A DNA stretch of 64,000 bases from Thermoanaerobaculia bacterium (GCA_036380735.1 DASVEE010000015.1:116409-180408), one strand, 5' to 3'. Counted from the first letter of the stretch, positions 28,859-38,648 are shown. The notes: generated by a model not told the origin, from the letters alone. A program made the numbers and translations.

Positions 28859-29869
28859 ATGTCGCTCCGCGACGCTCTCGGGCGCCCACTCCACGATCTC
28901 CGGATCTCGGTCACCGACCGCTGCAACTTCCGCTGCACGTACTGCATGCCGAAGGAGATCTTCGACCGCGGGTTCGCCTTCCTGCGCCGCGACGAGCTGC
29001 TGACGTTCGAGGAGATCGCGCGCCTCGTGCGCCTCTTCGTGCAGCTCGGGACGAAGAAGGTGCGCCTCACCGGCGGCGAGCCGCTGTTGCGCCGCGACAT
29101 CGAACGGCTGGTGGCGATGCTCGCGTCGATCGACGGCCTCGACGACGTAGCCATGACGACGAACGGCTCCACGCTGACGCGCGAGAAAGCGCGCACGCTG
29201 AAAGATGCCGGCTTGCGGCGCATGACCGTCAGCCTCGACTCGCTCGACGACGCCGTTTTCCGCGCCATGAACGACGTCGACTTTCCGGTGGCGAAAGTGC
29301 TGGAGGCGATCGAGGTCGCCGCGGACGCCGGGCTGACGCCGGTGAAGATCGACATGGTCGTGAAGCGCGGCGTCAACGACCAGTCGGTCGTCGAGATGGC
29401 CCGCTACTTCCGTGGCACCGGCCACATCCTCCGCTTCATCGAATACATGGACGTCGGCAACACGAACGGCTGGCGCATGGCGGACGTCGTCTCCGGCGCC
29501 GAGATCCGCGATGCCATCGCGCGGCACTGGCCGATCGAGCCCGCCGACGCCAACTACTTCGGCGAAGTGGCGGAGCGCTGGCGCTACACCGACGGTGCCG
29601 GTGAGATCGGCATCATCACCTCCGTCACGCAACCGTTCTGCGGCAGTTGCACGCGAGCGCGCCTCTCGGCGTCCGGATCACTGTACCTCTGCTTGTTCGC
29701 CACGCACGGCCGCGACCTGCGCGCCCTGCTGCGCACCGGCGCTACCGACGCGGAGCTGCTGGCGGCGATCACCCAGACCTGGGGCGCGCGCACGGACCGC
29801 TATTCCGAGATCCGCACCGAAGCCACGCCGGGAACTCCGAAAGTGGAGATGTCGTACATCGGGGGCTGA
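28859..29869 (+). CDS. moaA: GTP 3',8-cyclase MoaA (molybdenum cofactor biosynthesis)
   Basis: RBS gggagg. CNFRCTYC radical-SAM cluster motif. [12 protein letters not shown]-terminal [13 protein letters not shown] auxiliary-cluster motif. Confidence 0.9.
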   Translation: MSLRDALGRPLHDLRISVTDRCNFRCTYCMPKEIFDRGFAFLRRDELLTFEEIARLVRLFVQLGTKKVRLTGGEPLLRRDIERLVAMLASIDGLDDVAMTTNGSTLTREKARTLKDAGLRRMTVSLDSLDDAVFRAMNDVDFPVAKVLEAIEVAADAGLTPVKIDMVVKRGVNDQSVVEMARYFRGTGHILRFIEYMDVGNTNGWRMADVVSGAEIRDAIARHWPIEPADANYFGEVAERWRYTDGAGEIGIITSVTQPFCGSCTRARLSASGSLYLCLFATHGRDLRALLRTGATDAELLAAITQTWGARTDRYSEIRTEATPGTPKVEMSYIGG

Positions 29870-29958
29870 AGGACGATGGGACCTATAGGACGAATGGGAC
29901 CTATAGGACGAATGGGACCTATAGGACGAATGGGACCTATAGGTCCTATCCGTCCGAT
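29870..29958. repeat. 9-bp-unit inverted-repeat element (minimal core)
   Basis: aggacgatgggacctataggacgaatgggacc x3 folds straight back into ataggtcctatccgtcc. It starts 1 bp after the TGA. Confidence 0.7.
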
Positions 29959-30134
29959 CTACTCTTCTTCCCGCCCCCCGTTGTACTTCTCCTCGGAGGA
30001 ACTGGGCACCGTGGACAGCCGCACGGCGTTTCTGGTCGGCAACGGGGCTGCCGGGCCGAACGGCTGGTTGCGGTTGGCGTACACGCGCTCGCGCATCGCG
30101 CGGCCTTCTTTGATTTCCTGAATCTGGCTCTTCT

Positions 30135-30788
30135 TCATACCCCTTCAGACTGCGAGAGCCGGGCCATTCCGGCCACGAATTGCACCTTGCCGCCCATCGA
30201 CGGATGGCGCACACGCTCGTGCTCGATGGAGAGCTTCTCCAGCGAGGCCGACGCCTGGTTGCCAACCGCCACGACCTGTTCGATTCCGAAGATACGGATG
30301 AGGCGCTCGATGAATGGTGCGCCCTGGGCGAGCTCGGCGGAGGAGGGGACGCGGTTCGACTCCGGCTTCCCCGGATGGAAGGGGTGGAAGGGGAACGCGT
30401 TCCACAGCAGCGGCAACGGCTCGAGCGCGCGGATCGTTCCCCACACCATCGTCGCACTCGCCTCGGTCGAAAGACGCGGACCGGCGGTCGCTTTGCGGTA
30501 GCCGCGGTCGTCGCCGAGGATGCGGCGGTTGCCGGTGAGGTCGACGCCGCCGAGCATGACGGTCTCGCTGCAGAATGCGATGCCGGTGAGGCGTCCGCCG
30601 CGATGGCTCACCGCCTCGCCGACGAGCAGCACGCGCGGCGCGAGTGCGTGCACCTCTTCCAGGTAGAGGCGCAGATTGCGCCGGCGGATGGCGTTCGCTT
30701 TCAGGTCGCCGATCGTGCGTGAGTACTGATTGACCGCGCGCTCCGACACTTCCGCGGAGGCGAGCGCGCTGATGAATTTGTCGAACAT
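30135..30788 (-). CDS. Uracil-DNA glycosylase superfamily protein (family 4/5-like)
   Basis: LLVGEAVSHRGGRLTGIAF matches the GEAPG..G..F motif region. Conserved C-terminal HPS motif. Confidence 0.7.
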   Translation of the reverse strand: MFDKFISALASAEVSERAVNQYSRTIGDLKANAIRRRNLRLYLEEVHALAPRVLLVGEAVSHRGGRLTGIAFCSETVMLGGVDLTGNRRILGDDRGYRKATAGPRLSTEASATMVWGTIRALEPLPLLWNAFPFHPFHPGKPESNRVPSSAELAQGAPFIERLIRIFGIEQVVAVGNQASASLEKLSIEHERVRHPSMGGKVQFVAGMARLSQSEGV

Positions 30789-30949
30789 CACAGTGCACGA
30801 TATCTGAATTCCGCTTGACACTGCATTGAAGCGTCTGGCACTATGCGCGCTCCTATGACGACCATGAAATCATTTTTGCTGCAACCCGCCCGATTGGGTC
30901 GAGGAGGCTCTGCGCCGTCATAGTGCGTTTGCACAATGCGTTTTCCGCA

Positions 30950-30986
30950 GAGCCCCTTCGGTCCGAAACCCGAAGGGGCTTTTTGT
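30950..30986 (+). terminator. Rho-independent terminator in a 630-bp non-coding gap
   Basis: gccccttcgg-tccgaaac-ccgaaggggc followed by tttttgttt. Confidence 0.65.
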
Positions 30987-31448
30987 TTCTGGCGATAACC
31001 ACCCGGGCCGGCGGCGCACAGTGCGTGCGTTCCGTGAACGGGTTCTGACGAAGGGTGGCAACCGCGTTGGGTTCGATTCCCAATCTCCTGAAAGCGGAGT
31101 CCTGGTAGGTTCACCTGGAATGACGATTGATCGCCGTAAGCGATCGCAACCCGTACGCGGACGTCCGGCGTCGTGCGCCGGTCAGTGGGCGAAGTCTGCT
31201 CAATGACAGCACGTGAGGCGTCCTGCAGCTCGTGGTCTGCCCGTGCCCTGCACGGCGGGATGCTCACAATGGCCGGTTCGTGCATTGTGCGCCGAATGCC
31301 GGAACGGACACGGTGCGCACGTCGCTCCACGCCGATACGTGTGGCGCCGGCGCTCGGACGTTCGCGTGCGGACTTTTTCACAGTAGCAACGATTGGTCAC
31401 GGTGGCTCTGTACGACTCATTGTGGCCAGGCAACAAAGGAGGTGCCCC

Positions 31449-32552
31449 ATGTTCAAGCGTTACAAGATCAATCCTCACGAACGCGGTCTGCTCTGGCGCG
31501 ATGGTGAATTCATCGGCGTGCTGCAGCCGGGCGTCCACTGGAAGCTCGATCCGCGGTTCCGTCTGCACATGGACCGCGTGGCGACGCGCGACGCGTGGCT
31601 CACGCACAAGAGCATGGCCCTGATCATCCGGTCGGGACTGCTCGGTGACGACGCGATCGCGCTGGAGCTCGCGGATCACCAGCGTGCGCTCGTCTGGTTC
31701 AACGGCCGCTTCAACGCGATCTGCGCTCCGGGGCGTTATGTGATCTGGAAGGACATGTTCGACGTGCGCGTGGAGCTCGTCGACGCGCGCGAGATCCAGT
31801 TCACGCATCCAGATTTCCCGTCGATCATGAAGGAGCCGGAAGCCGCGACGCTGCTCGAGAAGGTCGTGGTGGAGCCGGGCCGTGTGGCGGTCGTGTTTCA
31901 CGACGGCGCGTTGTACGCGACGCTGCAGCCGGGGACGTACGCCTTCTGGCGGAACACCGGACAGCTCCGCGTGCTCGACGTCGACCTGCGCGAGCAGGTG
32001 CTCGACATCGGTGGACAGGAGATCATGACGGCGGACAAGGTCACGCTGCGGCTCAATGCGCTCGTGACGTATCTCGTGGCGGACCCGGTGCGGACGGTTA
32101 CGGCGTCGGCGGATGCGCCGCAGGCGCTCTACCGTGCCGCGCAGCTCGCGCTGCGTGAGCTCGTCGGAGCGCGTGAGCTCGACGTGCTGCTCACGTCGCG
32201 CGACGTGCTGACCACGGAGCTCGAAGCGCACGTGCGTGCACGTGCCGAGGAGCTGGGGCTCGCTGTTGTGAGCACGGGTGTGCGTGACGTGATTTTGCCG
32301 GGAGACATGAAGGAGTTGCTCAACCGGGTGACGGAGGCGAAGAAGGCGGCAGAGGCAGCGCTCGTGACGCGCCGTGAAGAGACGGCGGCGATGCGCATGC
32401 AGGCCAACACCGCGAAGATCCTCGAGGGCAGCCCGACGCTCATGAAGCTGCGTGAGCTCGAAGTGCTCGAGAAGGTCGCGGCCAAGGCCAACCTCACGGT
32501 GGTGCTCGGCGATGGCGCCGGGCTCAGTGACCGTGTGGTGAAGCTGCTTTGA
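31449..32552 (+). CDS. SPFH/Band-7 (stomatin/prohibitin-like) domain protein
   Basis: Strong RBS aggagg. SPFH core VTLRLNALVTYLVADP. C-terminal coiled-coil KAAEAALVTRREETAAMRMQ. The ORF-track extension to 31173 is rejected. Confidence 0.8.
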   Translation: MFKRYKINPHERGLLWRDGEFIGVLQPGVHWKLDPRFRLHMDRVATRDAWLTHKSMALIIRSGLLGDDAIALELADHQRALVWFNGRFNAICAPGRYVIWKDMFDVRVELVDAREIQFTHPDFPSIMKEPEAATLLEKVVVEPGRVAVVFHDGALYATLQPGTYAFWRNTGQLRVLDVDLREQVLDIGGQEIMTADKVTLRLNALVTYLVADPVRTVTASADAPQALYRAAQLALRELVGARELDVLLTSRDVLTTELEAHVRARAEELGLAVVSTGVRDVILPGDMKELLNRVTEAKKAAEAALVTRREETAAMRMQANTAKILEGSPTLMKLRELEVLEKVAAKANLTVVLGDGAGLSDRVVKLL

Positions 32553-32557
32553 TTGTG

Positions 32558-32634
32558 GTGGGACGAATGGGACGGATTTGACCTACAGGTCGATGAAGTC
32601 CCATTCGTCCCATTTGTCGTATCGGTCCTATCGC
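32558..32634. repeat. 9-bp-unit inverted-repeat element
   Basis: gggacgaatgggacggatttgacc..gtcccattcgtcccatttgtcgtatcggtcctatcg. Confidence 0.6.
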
Positions 32635-33791
32635 TACTTACCCACCGCCCGCCGTCTTGGCCCCACGCGGTTGGCGTCGATCACCTGATAGATGCCGCCG
32701 CTGCTGCCGTGGCGGGCTACGTACAACTCCCCGGCGACGTCTTCCCCGAACGTGCTGATCGAAAAGTTCGTGTCGAAGAGGTCGCGCGAGGTCCAGCGCC
32801 CGGTCGAGTCCTGCGTCGCGCCCCAGATGATGCCGCTGCAGTAGTCGCCGTAGAGGAACATGCCGCGCAGGCGCGGGTAGCGCGTGCCGCGGTAGCGGTA
32901 GCCGCCGGTGACGGAGCAGCCGTTGGCGTGCGTGTACTCGAGGACGGGCAGCACCAGCGTCCCGTCGTTGCAGTTGCTCGTCGGATTGAAGCAGCGCGTT
33001 CCTTCCATGCGCCGCCAGCCGTAGTTCTCGCCGCCCGTGCTGGTGGCCGGCTGGAAGTTGATCTCCTCGATCTGCTGCTGCCCGACGTCGGCGATCCAGA
33101 GGTCGCCCGTCTCGCGGTCGAAGGAGAAGCGCCACGGGTTGCGCAGCCCGTAGGACCAGATCTCGCCGCGGGCGCCGCCGCGGTTCACGAACGGATTGGA
33201 CGGCGGGATCGCGTATGGCGAGCCGCTGTCGACGTCGAGGCGGAGCATCTTCCCGAGCAGGTCGCCGAGGTTCTGGGCGCGGTTGCCGGGATCGCCGCCG
33301 CTGCCGCCGTCGCCCATGCCGATGTAGAGGTAGCCGTCGGGGCCGAAGTGCATCTGCCCGCCGTTGTGATTGGCGAACGGCTGATTGACGCGGAGGATGA
33401 CGAAGGCGGAGCCCGGGTCGGCGCGGTTCGGGTCGCTCGCCGAGCGGCTGTAGCGCGCGACCACGGTGTGGCCGTTCACGTCGGTGTAATTGACGTAGAA
33501 GTAGCCGTTGTCGCGGTACCGCGGATGAAAGGCGATGCTGAGCAGGCCGCGCTCGCCGCCGGTGGAGACCAGCGACCGGACATCGAGGAACGGCGTGGGG
33601 AGGAGCTGCGTGCCGTCGTGGATGACGACGCGCCCTTCCTGCAGGGTGATGAAGAGGCGAGTGTCGCCGGCGTGCGTGATCGCGACGGGGTTGACGAAAC
33701 CGGAGGCGACGAGGCGGAGCTCGACGCGTTCCTGCGCGAGGAGCAATGTGGGGAGAAGGAACAGGAAAAGGAGGCCCGGGAGTTTCCGCAT
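32634..33791 (-). CDS. PQQ-dependent soluble sugar (glucose/sorbosone) dehydrogenase, beta-propeller
   Basis: RBS aggagg. Signal peptide MRKLPGLLFLFLLPTLLLAQ. NHNGGQMHFGPDGYLYIGMGDGGSGGDP and RNPWRFSFD are family motifs. Confidence 0.8.
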   Translation of the reverse strand: MRKLPGLLFLFLLPTLLLAQERVELRLVASGFVNPVAITHAGDTRLFITLQEGRVVIHDGTQLLPTPFLDVRSLVSTGGERGLLSIAFHPRYRDNGYFYVNYTDVNGHTVVARYSRSASDPNRADPGSAFVILRVNQPFANHNGGQMHFGPDGYLYIGMGDGGSGGDPGNRAQNLGDLLGKMLRLDVDSGSPYAIPPSNPFVNRGGARGEIWSYGLRNPWRFSFDRETGDLWIADVGQQQIEEINFQPATSTGGENYGWRRMEGTRCFNPTSNCNDGTLVLPVLEYTHANGCSVTGGYRYRGTRYPRLRGMFLYGDYCSGIIWGATQDSTGRWTSRDLFDTNFSISTFGEDVAGELYVARHGSSGGIYQVIDANRVGPRRRAVGK

Positions 33792-33856
33792 GGTGACCTC
33801 CTGCATGCAAAAACAGGCACCATTCTTGAGAGGGAAAGAGAGTGGGAGGAAAACTG

Positions 33857-34030
33857 ATGGGAACGATTCATCAGCCTAAGCCGAGCGAGCCGAAAGGCAT
33901 CCAGCCGGACCAACAGCCTCTGCAGCCCGGCGGCCCCGCGAATTCGCGCTCGACCGCCGAGAACCCCCAGCGCCCGAACATCCAGACTCCTGAATCGCAG
34001 CAGGAGAAAAAGGGCGAGCGCCGGTCCTGA
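33857..34030 (+). CDS. Small hypothetical Pro/Gln-rich protein (57 aa)
   Basis: RBS gggagg 6 nt before the ATG. Followed 45 bp downstream by its own intrinsic terminator. No Cys/Trp/Tyr; no homology recognisable. Confidence 0.35.
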   Translation: MGTIHQPKPSEPKGIQPDQQPLQPGGPANSRSTAENPQRPNIQTPESQQEKKGERRS

Positions 34031-34077
34031 ACCCCTAACCCCCTACACGAACGGACACACCCCCAAACAAAAAGTCA

Positions 34078-34112
34078 AAGGCCGCGGCGCAAGTCGCGGC
34101 TTTTGATTTTTT
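34078..34112 (+). terminator. Rho-independent terminator
   Basis: gccgcg-gcgcaagt-cgcggc followed by ttttgatttttt. Confidence 0.55.
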
Positions 34113-34115
34113 GGG

Positions 34116-34303
34116 GGAGGAAACGATGGGACCCATGGGACCTATAGGACCTATGGGACGAATGGGACCGCCGCCCAACCCTCAGTAAAGTTGCCATGCG
34201 TCTCCACGGTTCCCATAGGTCCCATCTGTCCCATAGGTCCCATTCGTCCCATTTCCCATAGGTCCCATAGGTCCCATTTCCCATCGGTCCCATTGGTACC
34301 ATC
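34116..34303. repeat. 9-bp-unit inverted-repeat element with conserved core (long arms)
   Basis: ggaaacgatgggacccatgggacctataggacctatgggacgaatgggacc. The core is gccgcccaaccctcagtaaagttgccatgcgtctccacgg. An inverted array of ~9 units follows. Confidence 0.7.
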
Positions 34304-34309
34304 CACGGC

Positions 34310-35596
34310 ATGCTTCGCGTTGCCCTGATCCTGGCCCTGACCGTGCGCGTGCTACTGATCGCCGCGGCCTACGCCCAGCGCGGCGACGCGCCGTTCGTGG
34401 CGCCGGATTCGTGGAGCTACCTCCAGGGCGCGTTCTCCATCGCCACCGACTTCACGTTCCGCGGCGAAAACGGCTCGCCCGAGCTCTTCCGCACGCCGGG
34501 CTACCCCTTGCTGCTCGTGCCGGCGATGCTGCTGCAGCAGCCGGTGCTCGTCGGGCTGGCCCTGAACCTTCTGCTGATGGTGGGCATCATCCTCCTCACG
34601 CATCGCCTCGCGCTGCGGCTGACGAACGAGCGCATCGCCGGCTTCTGCGCGGTCGCGGTCGCCATCGAGCCGACGCTGATGACGTGGTCGATGAAGCTGA
34701 TGCCGGAGACGTTGCTGACGTGCTGCCTCCTCCTCTTCGCCGTGGCCGTGCCGAAGCATCCGCTCGCGGCGGCGGTTGCGCTCTGCGCGGCGGCGTACGT
34801 CAAGCCCATCGTCTTTCCGCTCGTGCTCGTGCTGGCCGTCGCGGCGCTCTTCGTCCGTCCGCGCTTCGCCCTGGCCTGCCTGGCGCTCCTCGCGCCGTGG
34901 CACCTCCGCAACTACGCCGTGGCGGGGTATGGCGGCTTCTCCACCGTCGTGGAGCGCACGGCGTACCTCTCCGCCGGCGGTGCGGTGGCCGCGGACGATG
35001 CCAACGTCAGCCACGCGGAGATGCGCCTGCGCATGCTGCCGCGCGCCGATGGGACGGCGCCGGAGCAGCTTCGCCGCGAGGGGCTCGCGCTCGTGGCCGC
35101 GCATCCGCTCCGCTACGCCGCCATCCACGCGAAGGGTATGGCCCGCACGCTCTTCGATCCCGGCGCGGTCGAGTACCTGCGGATGCTCGGGATCTACGGG
35201 GAGGGGGGACGCGCCTTCCTGGAGCGGAGCGGCTTCCTCGCCACGGCACGCGCGTATCCGCTCGAGGTCGCGCTCTCCATCGCCCTCGCCGCCGTGCTCC
35301 TGCCTCTGATCGTGCTTGCTGCCGCAGGTGCGGTGAGAGGGTGGCGCAATCCCCAAATCGTGCTCCTGGCGGTGCTCGCCGGCTACCTCCTCGTCGCCGG
35401 CGGCGGCGTGCACGGCTATCACCGTTTCCGCGTTCCGGCCGTGCCGTTCCTCCTGCTGCTCGCATCCAGTACACTGCGAAGAAATGACGTTTCTGGCCGT
35501 CGCAGCGTGCCTGGTCCTCGCGTCGGGGGGGATCGTGACGACGTATCTGCTCTGGCTGGCGGCGGCGCCGCGCCGGCCGCGTGCGGCAGTCAGTAG
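34310..35596 (+). CDS. Polytopic membrane protein, GT-C-type (PMT/ArnT-like) glycosyltransferase candidate
   Basis: About 11 predicted TM helices. N-terminal periplasmic-loop region with an acidic residue (DSWSY) as in GT-C enzymes. Overlaps the next gene by 113 bp. Confidence 0.55.
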   Translation: MLRVALILALTVRVLLIAAAYAQRGDAPFVAPDSWSYLQGAFSIATDFTFRGENGSPELFRTPGYPLLLVPAMLLQQPVLVGLALNLLLMVGIILLTHRLALRLTNERIAGFCAVAVAIEPTLMTWSMKLMPETLLTCCLLLFAVAVPKHPLAAAVALCAAAYVKPIVFPLVLVLAVAALFVRPRFALACLALLAPWHLRNYAVAGYGGFSTVVERTAYLSAGGAVAADDANVSHAEMRLRMLPRADGTAPEQLRREGLALVAAHPLRYAAIHAKGMARTLFDPGAVEYLRMLGIYGEGGRAFLERSGFLATARAYPLEVALSIALAAVLLPLIVLAAAGAVRGWRNPQIVLLAVLAGYLLVAGGGVHGYHRFRVPAVPFLLLLASSTLRRNDVSGRRSVPGPRVGGDRDDVSALAGGGAAPAACGSQ

Positions 35597-36569
35597 CGCC
35601 CCCGCCGCGCCGGTCCTCATCGTCGTCCCGATCTTCGACGAGGCCGCCCTCATCGAGCGCAAGCTGGAGAACCTGGACGCGCTGACCTACGCCGGCCGCG
35701 GCGTGGTCCTGGTGGATGGCGGTTCCACCGACGGCACCGTGGACCTCGTGCGCCGGTGGATCGAAGGCAGGTCCCATTCGTCCCAGTTCACCGTCATCGA
35801 AACCGCGCACCGCAACAAGACCGCGCAACTGGTCGACGCCGTGCGCACCCATCCGCACGCGGAGTGGATCCTCGTCACCGATGCCGACGCGCTGCTCGCG
35901 CCCGACACCATCGAGCGTCTGTTCGACGTCGTCGCGGCCGATGCGAACGTCGGCGTCGTTGGCGCCAGCGTGCACCCCACGACGGCGCACGCGCTCGAAG
36001 CGCTCCACTGGCGCGCCACCGACTGGCTGCGCGACCGCGAGTCCGACCGCGGCTCCGCGGCCATCGTCGCCGGGCCGTGCTACCTCACCCGGCGCAGGTT
36101 CCTCGCCGACCTGCCGGCCGACACCGTCGCCGACGACGTGTACGTCGCCTGCAGCGCGATGCTCGCCGGCCAGAGCGTCGGCCACGGACACTCCACCGTT
36201 TTCGAGCTGCGCTCTCCGCGCACGCTGCGCGCGCTGCTCCGCCACAAGTACCGCAAGGCTGACGCGTATCTGCGCGAGATCCTCCGCTTTCTGCCGCTCG
36301 CGCCCAGGATGCCGGCCGCGCAGCGTGCAGTCTTTCTCTGGCGCGCCGCTCTCCTCACCCTCGTCCCCATTCTCGGCGCCCTCGGCAGCCTCGCCTTCCT
36401 TCTCGGCGCGGCGGTCGAGGCGTCGGTCGTCATCGCCCTCCTGCTCACCATCCGTCCGGCGCGTCTCGCGGCGATCCTTGCTGCTGTCGCCGCGCTCGCG
36501 CTGCTGATGACGCCGTTCTCCCGGCAGACCGCCTCGTTACCCAAAATCACGAACGTCGAGGAAGCATGA
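35484..36569 (+). CDS. Family-2 glycosyltransferase (membrane-anchored)
   Basis: N-terminal TM segment. LIVVPIFDEAALIERKL. DGGSTDGT and TDADA (DxD) motifs. C-terminal TM helices. Confidence 0.7.
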   Translation: MTFLAVAACLVLASGGIVTTYLLWLAAAPRRPRAAVSSAPAAPVLIVVPIFDEAALIERKLENLDALTYAGRGVVLVDGGSTDGTVDLVRRWIEGRSHSSQFTVIETAHRNKTAQLVDAVRTHPHAEWILVTDADALLAPDTIERLFDVVAADANVGVVGASVHPTTAHALEALHWRATDWLRDRESDRGSAAIVAGPCYLTRRRFLADLPADTVADDVYVACSAMLAGQSVGHGHSTVFELRSPRTLRALLRHKYRKADAYLREILRFLPLAPRMPAAQRAVFLWRAALLTLVPILGALGSLAFLLGAAVEASVVIALLLTIRPARLAAILAAVAALALLMTPFSRQTASLPKITNVEEA

Positions 36570-37597
36570 AAAACAGCGACAAGCTCCGCATCGGCAGCAA
36601 GATCCTCATTTCCAAAGCGACCGGCAAGCCGCGGCCGTTCTTCATCCAGTACTCGCTGCTCAATGCGTGCAACGCGAAGTGCGTCTACTGCAACTGCCCG
36701 GAGCGCGAAGATCCGCGCGCCGGTCTGGAGCAGCACCGCCACGTCCTCGGCGAGTTCGCCCGCCTCGGCGCCGTGCGCATCAAGTTCCTCGGCGGCGAGC
36801 CGCTGCTGCATCCCAACCTCGGTGAGCTCGTCGCCATCGCCAAATCGCACGGCATGCGCACCGCCATCGTCACCAACGGCTTCCTCGTCCCGGCGCGCAT
36901 GGAGATCATGAAGCAGCTCGACGAGGTCATCATCTCCATCGACGGCAGCGAAGCAGCGCACGACGGGCAGCGCGGCCGCGGCACGTGGAAGAAGGTCATG
37001 GCCGCGATCGACGCGTGCGCGAACGCGAAGCTCGACTTTTTCCTCAGCGCCGTCGTCACGCGCAACACCGTGGGTGAGGTCGACTGGCTGATCGAGACGG
37101 CGAAGCGCTACAACGTCTCCGTCAACTTCCAGATCCCTCAGTTCAACCCCGAGATGTACGGGCCGGGCGCGAAGGAGTGGATGCCGTCGCCCGACGAGAT
37201 CCGCAAGCTGATCGGCAAGATCATCATGGCCAAGGAAGCCGGCGCGCCGGTGCTCTTCTCTTCACGTTCGTACGGCCGCACGCTGCAGTGGGACGACTAC
37301 GCGCGCGAGCGCGACCATCGTCCCGGCGAAGCCTCGCCCTGCACCGCCGGCAAGTACTTCCTGCAGATGGAGCCGAACGGCGACATCTATCCGTGCGTGC
37401 TGCAGATCGGCACGTTCCAGCCGAAGAACGCGTTCCGCGACGGCGTGGAGACCGCCTGGCGCAACGCGTGGAGCCACTCCTGCTTCGACTGCTACAACAC
37501 CTGGCTCAACGAAAACCGCGCGATCTTCGACCTGCACCCCACGGTGCTGAAGAACTTCTGGACGAACTACCTGCGACAGGGGACGGCGTCGGCGTAG
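36566..37597 (+). CDS. Radical SAM enzyme with C-terminal SPASM-like Cys-rich domain
   Basis: ATGA overlap with the upstream gene. CNAKCVYCNC (Cx3Cx2C). GGEPLL. C-terminal cysteines C..CTAGKYF..GDIYPCVLQ..HSCFDCYN. Confidence 0.8.
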   Translation: MKNSDKLRIGSKILISKATGKPRPFFIQYSLLNACNAKCVYCNCPEREDPRAGLEQHRHVLGEFARLGAVRIKFLGGEPLLHPNLGELVAIAKSHGMRTAIVTNGFLVPARMEIMKQLDEVIISIDGSEAAHDGQRGRGTWKKVMAAIDACANAKLDFFLSAVVTRNTVGEVDWLIETAKRYNVSVNFQIPQFNPEMYGPGAKEWMPSPDEIRKLIGKIIMAKEAGAPVLFSSRSYGRTLQWDDYARERDHRPGEASPCTAGKYFLQMEPNGDIYPCVLQIGTFQPKNAFRDGVETAWRNAWSHSCFDCYNTWLNENRAIFDLHPTVLKNFWTNYLRQGTASA

Positions 37598-37600
37598 CGG

Positions 37601-37727
37601 CGATAGGACATAGGACCCATTGGACAAATAGGACCCATAGGCCTGCGGACCCTGCAGCCTCGGTGGTCGGGTGGGGGACTACCTATCTGTCCCATCGGTC
37701 CCATAGGTCCCATTCGTCCCATCGTCC
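37601..37727. repeat. 9-bp-unit inverted-repeat element
   Basis: gataggacataggacccattggacaaataggacccatagg, core cctgcggaccctgcagcctcggtggtcgggtgggggac, then ctatctgtcccatcggtcccataggtcccattcgtcccatcg. It fills the convergent gap exactly between two stop codons. Confidence 0.7.
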
Positions 37728-38648
37728 TCAGTTGCGACCCCGCCGCCGCCCCATCGCCTTGACGGCGCATTGCAGCCCGTCGATGGCCACGCGAATCGCC
37801 GCGCGGCGCGCGGCGTCGCTGCGCCAGATGACGTGGACCTTGCGGTGCAGGATGGGCGTGGCGGCGATCATCTTCACGCCTTCGGGCACGGTTCCGCGCC
37901 CGAGGCGGGGGATGATCGCCATGCCGAGTCCGGCGGCGACGAGGGCCAGCTGGGTGTCGTGCTCCGCGGCGGTGTGCGTGATCCGTGGCTCGTGACCGGC
38001 GGAGCGCAACGTGTGCAGCAGCCAGTCGTGGCAGATCGACCGCACCGGCCAGGTGATCCACTGCTCGTCCGCCAGATCCTCCAGTTTGATCGTGGCGCGG
38101 CGCGCGAGACGATGACGCGCCGGCACGGCGACGTCGGCCAGGTCATCGAACAGCGCCTCTTTCTCCAGTCCATCCGGCAGCGCCAGCGGGTTGTTGAACC
38201 AGTCCTGCGCGATCACCAGATCGAGCTCGCGGCGCATCAGCTGCGGCACGGCGTCCAGCGGCTCGAGCTCGCGCAGCTCGACGCGCAACTGCGGATGCTC
38301 GTCGCGTAACAGCGCCAGCGCCCGCGGCGCGAGGCCGCGCGCGGCCGTCGGGAACGCGGCCATCACGATGTGCCCGCTCACCGTGTCGCGATGCGCTTCG
38401 AGGTCCGCCTCCGCGCGCTCCAGCAGCGAGATCACCTCGCGCGTGTGCGCCACCAGCAGCGCGCCGGCATCGGTCAGACGCACGCCGCGGCCGACGCGCT
38501 CGAGCAGCAACTGGTCCGTCTCGCGCTCGAGCTTCGCGATCTGCTGCGACACGGCGGACGTGGTGACATGCAGCGCTTCGGCGGCGGCCTGGATGGAGCC
38601 CTGGCTCGCAACGGCGTGCAGCGCGGCCAGGCGATCGACGTTCAACAT
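37728..38648 (-). CDS. LysR-family transcriptional regulator
   Basis: N-terminal HTH LAALHAVASQGSIQAAAEALHVTTSAVSQQIAKLE. LysR substrate-binding domain follows. Confidence 0.85.
   Translation of the reverse strand: MLNVDRLAALHAVASQGSIQAAAEALHVTTSAVSQQIAKLERETDQLLLERVGRGVRLTDAGALLVAHTREVISLLERAEADLEAHRDTVSGHIVMAAFPTAARGLAPRALALLRDEHPQLRVELRELEPLDAVPQLMRRELDLVIAQDWFNNPLALPDGLEKEALFDDLADVAVPARHRLARRATIKLEDLADEQWITWPVRSICHDWLLHTLRSAGHEPRITHTAAEHDTQLALVAAGLGMAIIPRLGRGTVPEGVKMIAATPILHRKVHVIWRSDAARRAAIRVAIDGLQCAVKAMGRRRGRN

Noticed and set aside
31058-31085. tRNA gene suggested by GTTGGGTTCGATTCCCAA (T-arm-like).
   Set aside because: No complementary 5' acceptor strand, D-arm or anticodon stem can be found within 100 nt upstream. 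It is kept only as a possible relic.
35484-35596. Possible frameshift/pseudogene explanation for the 113-bp overlap between the GT-C-like gene and the GT2 gene.
   Set aside because: Both frames stay open with plausible TM topology on each side. Without read-level data a genuine overlap is as likely, so this is flagged rather than called.
14376-37995. ORF-track peptides such as MGRMGPIGPMGPMGPP, MRLPVSHRSHRSHLSHRSH and similar collagen-like or His/Ser/Arg-rich reads.
   Set aside because: They are translations of the 9-bp-unit arrays (GGGACCTAT gives GPM/GPI; GTCCCATAG gives SHR). The frame, length and termination differ at every copy, so they are not conserved coding sequence.
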